DNA of 64,000 nt from Alphaproteobacteria bacterium (GTDB taxonomy: Bacteria; Pseudomonadota; Alphaproteobacteria; UBA828): assembly GCA_965221125.1 (NCBI GenBank), contig CBDCRW010000005.1, positions 576,001 through 640,000 of the forward strand. The letters run 5' to 3'. The position numbers and the translations under genes were made by a program. Under the pieces are notes generated by a model, which was not told where the DNA came from, ran no database searches, and worked only from the letters and a program-made list of their open reading frames with translations. How positions within the stretch are numbered: position 1 is the first letter of the stretch; the number at the start of each line of letters is the position of its first letter. This document shows, one piece after another, positions 38,843 to 47,998 of this stretch.

Positions 38843-39559
38843 TCAAGGAAGGTCGCCGACCAGGTCGCGGATGTGGCCGGGCGGCGGTGGTGGCAGCGCG
38901 ATGTCGAAGCGGCGTTTCAACGCGTCGGCGATGAGCTCGAAGCAGGCGCCGTAGCGGACGACCTCGAACGTCTGCAGGTCGAGCAGCGTCGATGAGGCGC
39001 GGTACAGGTGATAGAGGCGGAGCCCGTGGTCGATGACGATGTCGGCGATGGCCATCAGCTCCGGCTCGATGTCGTCGACGCGGAACTTCGTGCCGGAGAG
39101 CGAAAGGTTGGCGGACGAGCCGAACAGCGGGTGCTGCGCCTCGCGGCTGAGCCGCGTGATCGCCGCGTGGAAAGGGCCCGCGTTGAGCAGCATCAGCACG
39201 GTGCCGGCGCTGGTGGAGGCTTCGAGCGCCGCCGGCTCCATCCCGGCGAGAATGGGGTGGTCCATGCGCGCGGGCGCGATGGCGCCGAGCGGCAGGTCGT
39301 AGTCCTCGATCAGGGTGCTGGCGACGTCCCACCCCCTCTGGTCGAGGACGTGCAGCGCGCGGTGCAGGGCCATGTCGCCCAGCATCGCGTTCAGCTTCGC
39401 GGGCGCGCGCCGCTTGGTCTCGAAGATCGTCTTCAGCGCCGCCGCCGACCCGCCGATGGCGGAATAGCCGACGCTCATGGGCAGGATGGCGATCCCGCCC
39501 CGTTCGAGGACGGCGAAGGCCCGCTCGGCATCGCGCCCGACGTCCGGTCTGCCTGTCAC
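38843..39559 (-). CDS. Atypical Sua5/YciO/YrdC family protein
   Basis: GGIAILP, IFETKRR, PLFGSSANLS, SSTLLD. Confidence 0.75.
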   Translation of the reverse strand: MTGRPDVGRDAERAFAVLERGGIAILPMSVGYSAIGGSAAALKTIFETKRRAPAKLNAMLGDMALHRALHVLDQRGWDVASTLIEDYDLPLGAIAPARMDHPILAGMEPAALEASTSAGTVLMLLNAGPFHAAITRLSREAQHPLFGSSANLSLSGTKFRVDDIEPELMAIADIVIDHGLRLYHLYRASSTLLDLQTFEVVRYGACFELIADALKRRFDIALPPPPPGHIRDLVGDLP

Positions 39560-39614
39560 GTTCGGGATTCCCTCCTGCTTCGCGCGCCCCCGGCTGCCGT
39601 GCGCGAGACGTGCT

Positions 39615-39647
39615 TAGAGCGTTTCCGTGAAAAAGGGAAACGCTCTA
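39615..39647. repeat. TAGAGCGTTTCC palindrome (same family as 7397-7425)
   Basis: TAGAGCGTTTCC-N9-GGAAACGCTCTA. Confidence 0.75.
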
Positions 39648-39744
39648 GTATCCGCCGCACCCTCAGTATCCGCCGCGCCTTCAACCGGGAGAGCACGATG
39701 ACCCCGTCCACCATCCCCGTCGGCAAGCGCGCGCCAAGGCACGC

Positions 39745-41766
39745 ATGAACGACGCGGTCAGGGTGGGGGTCGAGGTCGGCGGCACGTTCACCGATCTCGT
39801 CGCGTTCGAGGGCGGCGGCGTGCGCATCACCAAGGTGCCGAGCACGCCGCAGGCGCCGCACCGGGGCGCCGTCGCCGCGCTCGACGAGTCCGGTCTGCCG
39901 CTCAGCGCCGCCGGCGATCTCGTGCACGGCTCGACCGTCGCCACCAACGCGGTGCTCGAGCGCAAGGGCGCAAAGGTGGCGTTCTTCGCCACCGAGGGCT
40001 TCCGCGACCTGCTTTCCCTGCAGCGCCAGAGCCGGCGCTCCATCTACGACATCCATTACCGCAAGCCCGAGCCGGTGGTGCTGCGCCGCGATACCTTCGA
40101 GATCCCCGAACGCGTGGGCCCGGACGGCGAGGTGGTCATCGCCCTGGATGAGGCGGCCGCGCGGCACCGCATCGCCCAGACGTTGCAGGGCGGCGGCTAC
40201 GAATCCGTCGCGATCTGCTTTCTCAACAGCTACGCGAACCCCGCGCACGAGCGGCGTGTGGCGGCGATGATCGCCGAGCGCTTCCCCGGCGTCGGCATCA
40301 CGTGCTCCTGCGACGTGACCCGCGAGTTCCGCGAATACGAGCGCGCGTCCACCACCGTGCTCGCGGCCTACGTGCAGCCCGTCATCGACCGCTACCTGGG
40401 CGCGTTCGCGCGCGCGTTGGGCGAGCGCGGGTTCGAGGGCCGCTTCAGCCTGATGCAGTCCAACGGCGGCCGGCTGCCCGCCCGCGGCATGGCCGGCAAT
40501 GCCATCACCTCGCTCTACTCCGGGCCGGCGGCGGGCGTGATGGGCGCGATCCGCCAGGCGGAGCGCTCCGGCTACCGCGACCTCATCACCTTCGACATGG
40601 GCGGCACGAGCACGGACGTCTGCCTCGTGCGGGACGGCACGCCGGTGCTCACCAGCGACGCCGAGATCGACGGCCTGCCCATCCGCATTCCCGTGCTCGA
40701 CATCGTGACGGTGGGCGCGGGCGGCGGCTCGATCGTGTGGCGGGACGACGGCGGCATGCTCCGGGTCGGCCCGCGCTCGGCCGGCGCCGAGCCCGGCCCC
40801 GCCTGCTACCGGCGGGGCGGCGCCGACCCCACGATCACCGACGCTCACCTGATCCGCGGCACCGTGCTCGCCGACACCTTCCTCGGCGGGCGCATGGACG
40901 TGGATCCTGACCTCGCCCGCAGCGCCTTCGCCGCGCTGGCAGAGCAGTTCGGCCGCAGCGTCGAGCAGGTCGCCGACGACGCGGTGCGGGTGGCCGAGCA
41001 CAACATCATCCGCGCGATCCAGCTCGTCTCGACCGAGCGGGGGCGGGACCCGCGCGACTACGTGCTGGTCCCCTTCGGCGGCGCGGGGCCGCTCCACGCG
41101 GCACGGGTCGCAGACGTGCTCGGCATCGCCACCATCGTCATTCCGCCGGCGGCCGGCGTGCTCTCCGCCTTCGGCCTCGTCGCCTCGGACTTCGTGCGCT
41201 ATGCGAGCCGCACGGCGCGCTTTGCCCTCGACGAGAGGGGTGTCGCCGCGCGCGTCCGCGCGCAGTTCGCGGCCATGCGGGCGGACGCCGAGGCCGCTTT
41301 CGCGGCGCTCGGGCTCACCGGCGGCCTCCGCTGCACCCACACGCTCGAGATGCGCTACGTGGGGCAGGCCTTCGAGGTCCCGATCCAGCTCGGCGAGGAC
41401 GAGATCGCGCGGCTCGACGCGGCCCACCTCCGCGAGCGCTTCAACGAGGCGCATCACCGCATCTTCGAGTTCGACGATTCGCGCACCAACCGGCCGGAGA
41501 TCGTCTCCTTCCGGCTCGGCATCGCGTCGCCGCCCCCGGCCGTGCCTCAGCTCACGGGGACGGACGACGCACCGCATGAGGCCGCCGTCACGCTCTTCGA
41601 TGGCGGCACTGAGCTGGAGGCCCGCAGGCTCAATCGCCGCGCGCTGCTCGAGGCCGGCGCCAGCAAAGGACCGCTGCTCGTCGCCGACGAGACCTCCACG
41701 GCCTACGTCCCGCCGGGATGGCGTGCGCGCATGGATGCGCACCATAATGTCATCCTGAGCCGCTGA
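39745..41766 (+). CDS. Hydantoinase A / 5-oxoprolinase family ATP-dependent subunit
   Basis: EVGGTFTD, HGSTVATN, REYERAST, SGPAAG, DMGGTSTD, GAGGGS, PGPACY. Confidence 0.93.
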   Translation: MNDAVRVGVEVGGTFTDLVAFEGGGVRITKVPSTPQAPHRGAVAALDESGLPLSAAGDLVHGSTVATNAVLERKGAKVAFFATEGFRDLLSLQRQSRRSIYDIHYRKPEPVVLRRDTFEIPERVGPDGEVVIALDEAAARHRIAQTLQGGGYESVAICFLNSYANPAHERRVAAMIAERFPGVGITCSCDVTREFREYERASTTVLAAYVQPVIDRYLGAFARALGERGFEGRFSLMQSNGGRLPARGMAGNAITSLYSGPAAGVMGAIRQAERSGYRDLITFDMGGTSTDVCLVRDGTPVLTSDAEIDGLPIRIPVLDIVTVGAGGGSIVWRDDGGMLRVGPRSAGAEPGPACYRRGGADPTITDAHLIRGTVLADTFLGGRMDVDPDLARSAFAALAEQFGRSVEQVADDAVRVAEHNIIRAIQLVSTERGRDPRDYVLVPFGGAGPLHAARVADVLGIATIVIPPAAGVLSAFGLVASDFVRYASRTARFALDERGVAARVRAQFAAMRADAEAAFAALGLTGGLRCTHTLEMRYVGQAFEVPIQLGEDEIARLDAAHLRERFNEAHHRIFEFDDSRTNRPEIVSFRLGIASPPPAVPQLTGTDDAPHEAAVTLFDGGTELEARRLNRRALLEAGASKGPLLVADETSTAYVPPGWRARMDAHHNVILSR

Positions 41767-41805
41767 GCGCGGAGCGGAGAGCCAGGAGCCGCGAGGGGAG
41801 GGACC

Positions 41806-43425
41806 ATGGCGCTCGACCAGGTCGACCAGGCGATCATCTCTCAGGCGCTGATCGCCGCCGCGAAGGAAATGGGGATCAAGCTCGTGCGCTCGGCCTATTC
41901 GCCGATCGTGCGCGAGGCCAACGACTGCTCGGCCGCGCTGCTCGACGTGGACGGCAACGTGGTGAGCCAGGCGGAGCTCATTCCCATGCAGCTCGGCCCC
42001 ATCGGCACCACCTTCCGCCCCTGCGCCGCGCTCTATCCGCCCGAGACACTGGAGCCCGGCGACTTCTACATCAACAACGACCCCTACAACGGCGGCCAGC
42101 ACATCCCCGACATCTTCATCTTCACGCCCATCTTCTACCGTGACCGGCTCGTGGGCTTCAGCGCGACCGTCGCCCACCACCTCGATCTCGGCGGCGGTGC
42201 GCCGGGTCTCAACATGGCGGCCGGCGACGTCCACCAGGAGGGCCTGATCTTCCCGCCCAGCCGCTACAACGTGAACCGCGACTGGAACGGCGGCCCCTTC
42301 GAGCGCCTGGTGCGCGCGAACGTCCGCGTGCCCGAAAAAACCATCGGGGATTGCAACGCCCAGTTTGCGGCCAACGGCGTGGGCGCGCGGCGCGTGGTCG
42401 AGCTCTGCGAGAAGTTCGGCGCGGACGCGGTCACGGAGGCGATGGCGGGGCTGCTCGACTACGCCGAGCAGCGCATGCGGGCCGCGATTGCCGCCGCGCC
42501 CGATGGCGTCTACGCGGGCCGGGACCAGCTCGACAGCGACGGCGAGAACGACGAGCCGCTGGTGGTCCGCGCGCGGGTGGAAATCGCGGGCGATACCGTC
42601 TCGGTCGACTACGAGGGCACCTGCGACCAGGTACGCACCAACGTCAACTGCCCCTTCGCGTCCACCATCGCGGCGGGGCTCTCCTGCATCAAGTCGGTGC
42701 TGACCAGCCCCGACATCCCCTTCAACGAGGGCGCGAAGCGGCCCATTACCATCGCCGCGCCCTACGGCTCGCTGCTCAATCCCCGCCCGCCGGCGCCTGT
42801 GCGCGCGCGCATGCTCTCCGCCTACCGCGCCTACAACGCGGTGATGAAGGCGCTGGCCCACGCGGTGCCCGAGCAGGTGATGGCCGCCGGCTTCGACACC
42901 ACGCATGCCACCTGCCTCTCGCACCTGGGCGAGCAGGGCTACGGCATCTACCTCGAGATTTTCGGCGGCGGCTACGGCGCGAGCGCGCTGGGCGACGGCT
43001 GCGACGCGGTGGACAGTCCGCTGTCGAACTGCTCGAACATCCCCGTCGAGGCCATCGACATGGAGCACGCCTTCTTCCGCGTAGCCGAGTACGCGCTCGT
43101 GGCGGGCTCGGGCGGCGCCGGGGAGAACCGCGGCGGGCTCGGGGTCCGGCGCGTCTACGAGGTCCTCGCCGACGACGTCGAGTACCAGTCCTACTCGGAC
43201 CGCTTCACCATCGCGCCGGAGGGGCTCTTCGGCGGCGCGGACGGCGGGGCGGCGTTCGTCAGCGTGCTGCGCGGCAACCAGGAAATCTCGCTCGGGTCCA
43301 AGACGAGCTTCCGGCTGGCGAAGGGCGACCGCGTGGTCATGAGCACCGGCGGCGGCGCGGGCTACGGCGACATCGCCCGCCGCACGCCCGAACGCGCAGC
43401 CCAGGACCGCGTGGACGGCGCCTGA
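41806..43425 (+). CDS. Hydantoinase B / oxoprolinase family subunit
   Basis: SPIVRE, NDPYNGGQHIPD, HHLDLGG, QEGL, GGGAGYGD. Confidence 0.93.
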   Translation: MALDQVDQAIISQALIAAAKEMGIKLVRSAYSPIVREANDCSAALLDVDGNVVSQAELIPMQLGPIGTTFRPCAALYPPETLEPGDFYINNDPYNGGQHIPDIFIFTPIFYRDRLVGFSATVAHHLDLGGGAPGLNMAAGDVHQEGLIFPPSRYNVNRDWNGGPFERLVRANVRVPEKTIGDCNAQFAANGVGARRVVELCEKFGADAVTEAMAGLLDYAEQRMRAAIAAAPDGVYAGRDQLDSDGENDEPLVVRARVEIAGDTVSVDYEGTCDQVRTNVNCPFASTIAAGLSCIKSVLTSPDIPFNEGAKRPITIAAPYGSLLNPRPPAPVRARMLSAYRAYNAVMKALAHAVPEQVMAAGFDTTHATCLSHLGEQGYGIYLEIFGGGYGASALGDGCDAVDSPLSNCSNIPVEAIDMEHAFFRVAEYALVAGSGGAGENRGGLGVRRVYEVLADDVEYQSYSDRFTIAPEGLFGGADGGAAFVSVLRGNQEISLGSKTSFRLAKGDRVVMSTGGGAGYGDIARRTPERAAQDRVDGA

Positions 43426-43479
43426 GGGAGCCGGCCGCTACGTATACGGCTTTTCCGACACCTTGCGGCGGGGAGTGCG

Positions 43480-44208
43480 ATGAAGGACCGCGTCGTTCTC
43501 ATCACCAACGTCGAGCACTTCGTGGGCCGGCCCGTCGCGGCGGAGCTTGCCGCGCAAGGGGCGAGCGTGGTCTGCCACGACGGGAGCTTCGCCGATGCCG
43601 CCGCCGCGGAGGCGTTCGCCGCCGCCAATCCCGCGCTCAGCACGGTCCGTGCTCAGGCGCCGGCGGAGATCGTCGCGGCCGCGACCGAGGCCTGCGGCCG
43701 GATCGACGTGGTGGTCTGCAACGACGCGGGCGCTGCCGTCCGCGCGCCCATCGAGGCGGCGCGCCCCGACGACCTGCGCGCCGCGCTCGAGGAGATGACG
43801 GTCTTTCCCTTCGAGATGGCGAGCGCCGTCGTGCCGCAGATGAAGGCGCGGAAGAGCGGCAAGATCCTGTTCATCACCTCGGCGACGCCGCTAAGGGGGC
43901 TGCCCAACTACTCGATGTACGTGGCAGCGCGCGGCGCCACCAACGCGCTCACGGTCTCGCTCGCCCAGGAGCTCGGGCGCGACAACATCCAGGTCAACGC
44001 CATCGCGCCCAACTATGTCGAGAGCCCGACCTACTTCCCGCCCGAGCTGGTGAACGATCCCGCGACCCTGGCGAAGATGACCCGCAACATCCCGCTGAAG
44101 CGCCTCGGCAAGCCGGAGGAGGTCGCCGCGCTGGTGGCCTTCTACGCCTCCGACAGGAGCGACTTCATCACCGGCCACGTCATGCCCTTCGCCGGCGGCT
44201 GGGCCTGA
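43480..44208 (+). CDS. Halohydrin dehalogenase (HHDH, SDR-related)
   Basis: Both diagnostic HHDH motifs: T-X4-F-X-G (TNVEHFVG) and S-X12-Y-X3-R (S-ATPLRGLPNYSM-Y-VAA-R); ND in place of NAG; NYVESPTYFP. Confidence 0.85.
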   Translation: MKDRVVLITNVEHFVGRPVAAELAAQGASVVCHDGSFADAAAAEAFAAANPALSTVRAQAPAEIVAAATEACGRIDVVVCNDAGAAVRAPIEAARPDDLRAALEEMTVFPFEMASAVVPQMKARKSGKILFITSATPLRGLPNYSMYVAARGATNALTVSLAQELGRDNIQVNAIAPNYVESPTYFPPELVNDPATLAKMTRNIPLKRLGKPEEVAALVAFYASDRSDFITGHVMPFAGGWA

Positions 44209-44245
44209 GCGGCCCGCGCCGGCCGGCAGACCGAGGGAGAGAGCC

Positions 44246-45013
44246 TTGAGCAACATCGTGAGTGAGCACGCGGACGACTGCCTCCGCATCCGCCTTAGCA
44301 GAGGCACCGCCAACGCGCTGACGACGGCGGTCATTCAGGACCTTGCGCAGGCGGTCGCGGACGCCAACCGGGGCGCGCGCGGCGCAATGCTCTGCGGCGG
44401 CGAGAAATTCTTCTGCAACGGCCTCGACCTCGACTGGGCGCTCGCGTGTTCGCGCGCCGAGATCAAGGAGATGTTCCACGAACTGGCGGGGCTCATCCTA
44501 GCCATGCTGGAATCGCCGCGCCCCGTCGTCGGCGCGATCAAGGGCCACGCCATCGGCGGTGGCACGGCCATCTACCTCGCCTGCGACTACCGCTACGCCG
44601 CGACCGGGCACGTGCTCATCGGCAAGCCGGAAATCCTGCTCGGCATGCCCAATCCCTACTACGGCGACCAGTTGCTGCGCTTCGTGGCCGGCGACTTCGT
44701 CGCCTCGGACATGATCTACACCGGTAAGCTCGTGCCGGCCGAGGAGGGCCGCGCTCTCGGCCTCGTCCACGAGACCGGGCCGAAGGCGGAGATCGAGGCG
44801 AAGGCGTGGCAGCGCCTGCTCTTCCTGCGCGACCTCGCGCCGGAGGCGTTCCAGGAATCGAAGCGCATGCGGCTCGGCAAGTTCTGCGCCGACCTGCGCG
44901 AGCAGATGCCTGCCCGCATCGCCCGCCAGGTCGAGATCTGGTCGAGCGACGAGGCGCAGGCCCGCCTCCGCGCCGGCGCGGAGCGGCTCAGGCGCCGCCG
45001 AAATGCGGGTTAA
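44246..45013 (+). CDS. Enoyl-CoA hydratase/isomerase (enoyl-CoA isomerase-like)
   Basis: FFCNGLDL, GHAIGGG, ACDYR, PEILLG (only the second catalytic Glu is present). Confidence 0.85.
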   Translation: MSNIVSEHADDCLRIRLSRGTANALTTAVIQDLAQAVADANRGARGAMLCGGEKFFCNGLDLDWALACSRAEIKEMFHELAGLILAMLESPRPVVGAIKGHAIGGGTAIYLACDYRYAATGHVLIGKPEILLGMPNPYYGDQLLRFVAGDFVASDMIYTGKLVPAEEGRALGLVHETGPKAEIEAKAWQRLLFLRDLAPEAFQESKRMRLGKFCADLREQMPARIARQVEIWSSDEAQARLRAGAERLRRRRNAG

Positions 45014-46110
45014 CCGATCAGGCGGAGCGCGCGGGGGAAGGACGTGAGCGAACGCGCGCCGTCCTCGGTGACGGTCACGTCGTCCTCGATCCTGACGCCG
45101 ACGTCGCCCGCGCCGTAGAGGCCGGGCTCGATGGTGATGACGTAGCCCGGCTCCAGTATCTGGTGGTTGCCGACCATGACCTGGGGCGCCTCGTGCACGT
45201 CGAGGCCGAGGCCGTGGCCGGTCTTGTGCACGATCAGATCGGCGAAGGGCGAGGCGCGAAGCACGCCGGTCACGGCCGTATCCAGCTCGTGCGCCGTGAC
45301 GCCCGGCCCGGCCGTGCGGCGGCCGAGGGCGTTCGCCTCGCGCACGGTCTCGTAGATCTCCCCGTGGCGGTCGCTCACGTGCTCGCAAAAGAAGGTGCGC
45401 GTGATGTCCGCGCTGAACCCGTCGATCTTCGCGCCGAAGTCGATCAGCAGCGCATCGCCGGGACCGAGCGCCGTCTCGCCCGGCGTGCCGTGCGGGTTCG
45501 CCGCGTTGGCGCCCGCCAGCACGATGGGATCGAAGCCGAAGGCAGCCGAGCCGTGGGCCAGCATGCGGGTCTTGAGCAACGCCGCGATGGCCCGCTCCGT
45601 ATCGCCGGCGCGGACCTCGTCCAGGGTTTCCGCCAGCGCCAGCTCGCTGATCTCGATGGCGCGCGAGAGGCTCGCGATCTCGTCCTCGTCCTTGGCGATG
45701 CGGAGCGCCTGCAGGGCGGCGTCGGCGTTCCGCACGTCGCCGTTGCCTGAGTGGCGGCGCAGCGCATCGTACTCGAACATGCGCATCCGCCCGCCTTCGA
45801 CGCCCACCGCGGCGGCGCAGAGTGCGCGTGTCGCAGCCTCGAAGGCGTGCTCGAAGCCGTCGCTGTCCTGCCAGTAGAAGGTCTCGGCCTCGGGAAACGC
45901 GCTCGACCACTTGAGCCGCTCCAGCTCCGGCATGATAGCGAGGACTCCGCCCGCCGCCGTGACGAAGAGCAACGTCGGCCGCTCCATCAGGGGGAAGTCG
46001 AGGCCGGTGAGATAGTGAAAGCTCGGCCCCGGCACGAAGGCCGCGGCGTCGAGGCCCGCGCCCCGGATCAGCGCCGCCGCACGCTCGCGTCGCCCGGCAT
46101 GGCGCGTCAT
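45010..46110 (-). CDS. M24 Xaa-Pro peptidase family protein
   Basis: ANPHG, LIDFG, ADITRT, HKTGHGLGLDVHE, TIEPG, GVRIEDD. Confidence 0.92.
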   Translation of the reverse strand: MTRHAGRRERAAALIRGAGLDAAAFVPGPSFHYLTGLDFPLMERPTLLFVTAAGGVLAIMPELERLKWSSAFPEAETFYWQDSDGFEHAFEAATRALCAAAVGVEGGRMRMFEYDALRRHSGNGDVRNADAALQALRIAKDEDEIASLSRAIEISELALAETLDEVRAGDTERAIAALLKTRMLAHGSAAFGFDPIVLAGANAANPHGTPGETALGPGDALLIDFGAKIDGFSADITRTFFCEHVSDRHGEIYETVREANALGRRTAGPGVTAHELDTAVTGVLRASPFADLIVHKTGHGLGLDVHEAPQVMVGNHQILEPGYVITIEPGLYGAGDVGVRIEDDVTVTEDGARSLTSFPRALRLIG

Positions 46111-46838
46111 AGCGCGCCGAGCCCCTCGCCGAAGCGCTCGAGCCCCATCGCCCCGCCGAAGCGGGGCTCGAGCGAGCGGGCGACGATCGCGGCGTCGGCC
46201 AGCATCATTCGCTCGATCGCGCGATCGCTCGCATCGGCATCGCCGGTGAGCACCGCCTCCGCCAGCGCCTGCAGCCGGGCGACAGACGCGCGGCGCTCGT
46301 CCGGGGTGGCGTTGGGCACGTAGTGGAGCACGCGCATGCGCATCCCCGCATCGATGACCTCGTCGAAGAACTTGATGAGAAAGATGTTGCGGGAGAGCCC
46401 CGCCAGGTGGCGCAGCACCTCCAGCTCGCTCCTGAGCGAATCCTCCCACTCGTCCGCGTCCACGGCGCGGACGAAGCGCTGCACGTTCTCGTTCAGCACC
46501 GCCGCCTCGGCCCGGCCGGAGAGCGCCGCGGCCCGGGCCACCGCGCGGCCGACGATCAGAGCGGTGTCGAGATAGTCGCCCGCATTGTCGAGCGAGAAGG
46601 GCGCCACGATGCTGGTCCGGTTCGGCAGGAACCGGACGAGCCGTTCGCCGGCCAGCAGCAGCAGGGCCTCGCGGATCGGCGTGCGCGAGACCTCGAAGCG
46701 GGCGGCAAGGTCGCGCTCGTCCAGGGCCGTGCCCGGCGCGATGCGCACCCAGAGGATTTCCTCGCGCAGCGCGTCATGGACCTGCAGCGCGCCGCGGCGC
46801 CCGCGCTTGCGTGTCTTTGCCTCGGGCTTCGCTGCCAT
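46107..46838 (-). CDS. GntR (FCD-type) transcriptional regulator
   Basis: LREEIL..PGTALDE..LAARFEVSRTPIREAL. Confidence 0.9.
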   Translation of the reverse strand: MAAKPEAKTRKRGRRGALQVHDALREEILWVRIAPGTALDERDLAARFEVSRTPIREALLLLAGERLVRFLPNRTSIVAPFSLDNAGDYLDTALIVGRAVARAAALSGRAEAAVLNENVQRFVRAVDADEWEDSLRSELEVLRHLAGLSRNIFLIKFFDEVIDAGMRMRVLHYVPNATPDERRASVARLQALAEAVLTGDADASDRAIERMMLADAAIVARSLEPRFGGAMGLERFGEGLGAL

Positions 46839-46878
46839 GCGACGATGATCAGGCGGGCGATCCGCGCGTTCGGGGGCT

Positions 46879-46919
46879 TTGCATTATGTTGGCATAATGA
46901 TAGGCTGACCCGAAGTCAA
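46879..46919. promoter_or_regulatory. Putative GntR operator overlapping divergent promoters
   Basis: Palindrome CATTATG-TTGG-CATAATG (46882-46899); plus strand TTGCAT-N16-TAGGCT; minus strand TTGACT-N17-TATGCC. Confidence 0.6.
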
Positions 46920-46941
46920 GACTGACCAGGGAGAGCATGAC

Positions 46942-47934
46942 ATGACGCGATCCATCTCATTTGTGCTGGCGGCTGCGGCCCTGGCCCTCGCCCTTGCCGC
47001 ACCGGCAATGGCGGACTCCAAGAAAGTCGCCTTCTTCGCGGCCTCTTCGCAGAACGGCTTCAACCAGGCCACGTACGAAGGGGTCGAGGAGATGGCCATC
47101 AAGCTCGGCTACGAGGCCGAGATCTACGACGGCAAGTTCGACGCCATCCACCAGTACAGCCAGATCGAGGACGTGCTCGCCAGCGGCCGCTTCGCGGGCA
47201 TGATCGTGGCGCCCAACGACCCCGTCGGCATCTCCGGCGCCTTCGAGCAGGTGATCGAGGCCGGCGTGCCGATCGCGACCGTGCTCTTCCCCATCGGGCC
47301 GGACCTCACCACCCTGCAGCCGCAGGTGGAGGGAATCACGTCGACCGTCGCATCGCCGCCCGTCGACGGCGCCACCTGGCAGGCCGAGGCCGCGGCGGCC
47401 CATTGCGCGGACAAGGACCCCTGCAACGTCATCATCATCATCGGCTTCAAGACCTTCCCCTTCGACAATCTCCGCCTCGAGACCTTCGAGAAGGTCCTGG
47501 CCGGGTATCCCAACATCAAGATCGTGGGGATCGGCGAGGGCTGGTATTCGCCGGATACCTCGCTGAAGGCGATGCAGGACATGCTGCAGGCGGCGAAGGA
47601 CGTGCACGTGGTGCTGTCCAACGCCGACCAGCACCTGGTGGGTGCCGAGATCGCGCTGGAGGCCGAGGGCTACAACGTGGCCGACCTCTACCTCATCGGC
47701 GGCGGCGCGGCGGCGATCTCCATCGAGGCGATTCGCGAGGGCCGCTGGGATGCGACGCTCGCCTACTTCCCCAAGACCATGGGCGCGCTCGCCATGGAGC
47801 AGATCGCCAACGCCATCGAGGGCAAGCCCGTCGACAACGCCATCAACATGGACGTCTCGGGCCCGCTCCAGGCCATGATCGACAAGGCCATTCTCGACGC
47901 GAACCCCGACTTCAGGGGCGAGTGGGAGCAGTAG
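46942..47934 (+). CDS. Sugar-type ABC substrate-binding protein (RbsB-like)
   Basis: Signal peptide APAMA; QNGF, QYSQIED, VAPNDP, NADQ, PKTMG. Confidence 0.88.
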   Translation: MTRSISFVLAAAALALALAAPAMADSKKVAFFAASSQNGFNQATYEGVEEMAIKLGYEAEIYDGKFDAIHQYSQIEDVLASGRFAGMIVAPNDPVGISGAFEQVIEAGVPIATVLFPIGPDLTTLQPQVEGITSTVASPPVDGATWQAEAAAAHCADKDPCNVIIIIGFKTFPFDNLRLETFEKVLAGYPNIKIVGIGEGWYSPDTSLKAMQDMLQAAKDVHVVLSNADQHLVGAEIALEAEGYNVADLYLIGGGAAAISIEAIREGRWDATLAYFPKTMGALAMEQIANAIEGKPVDNAINMDVSGPLQAMIDKAILDANPDFRGEWEQ

Positions 47935-47949
47935 CCGACGATACTGCCT

Positions 47950-47971
47950 GCCGGGGCCTTCGCGCCCCGGC
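47950..47971 (+). other. Intercistronic GC hairpin after the binding-protein gene
   Basis: GCCGGGGC-CTTCGC-GCCCCGGC. Confidence 0.5.
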
Positions 47972-47998
47972 GGCGCACTCGCGCCGGGAGATGCCGCG

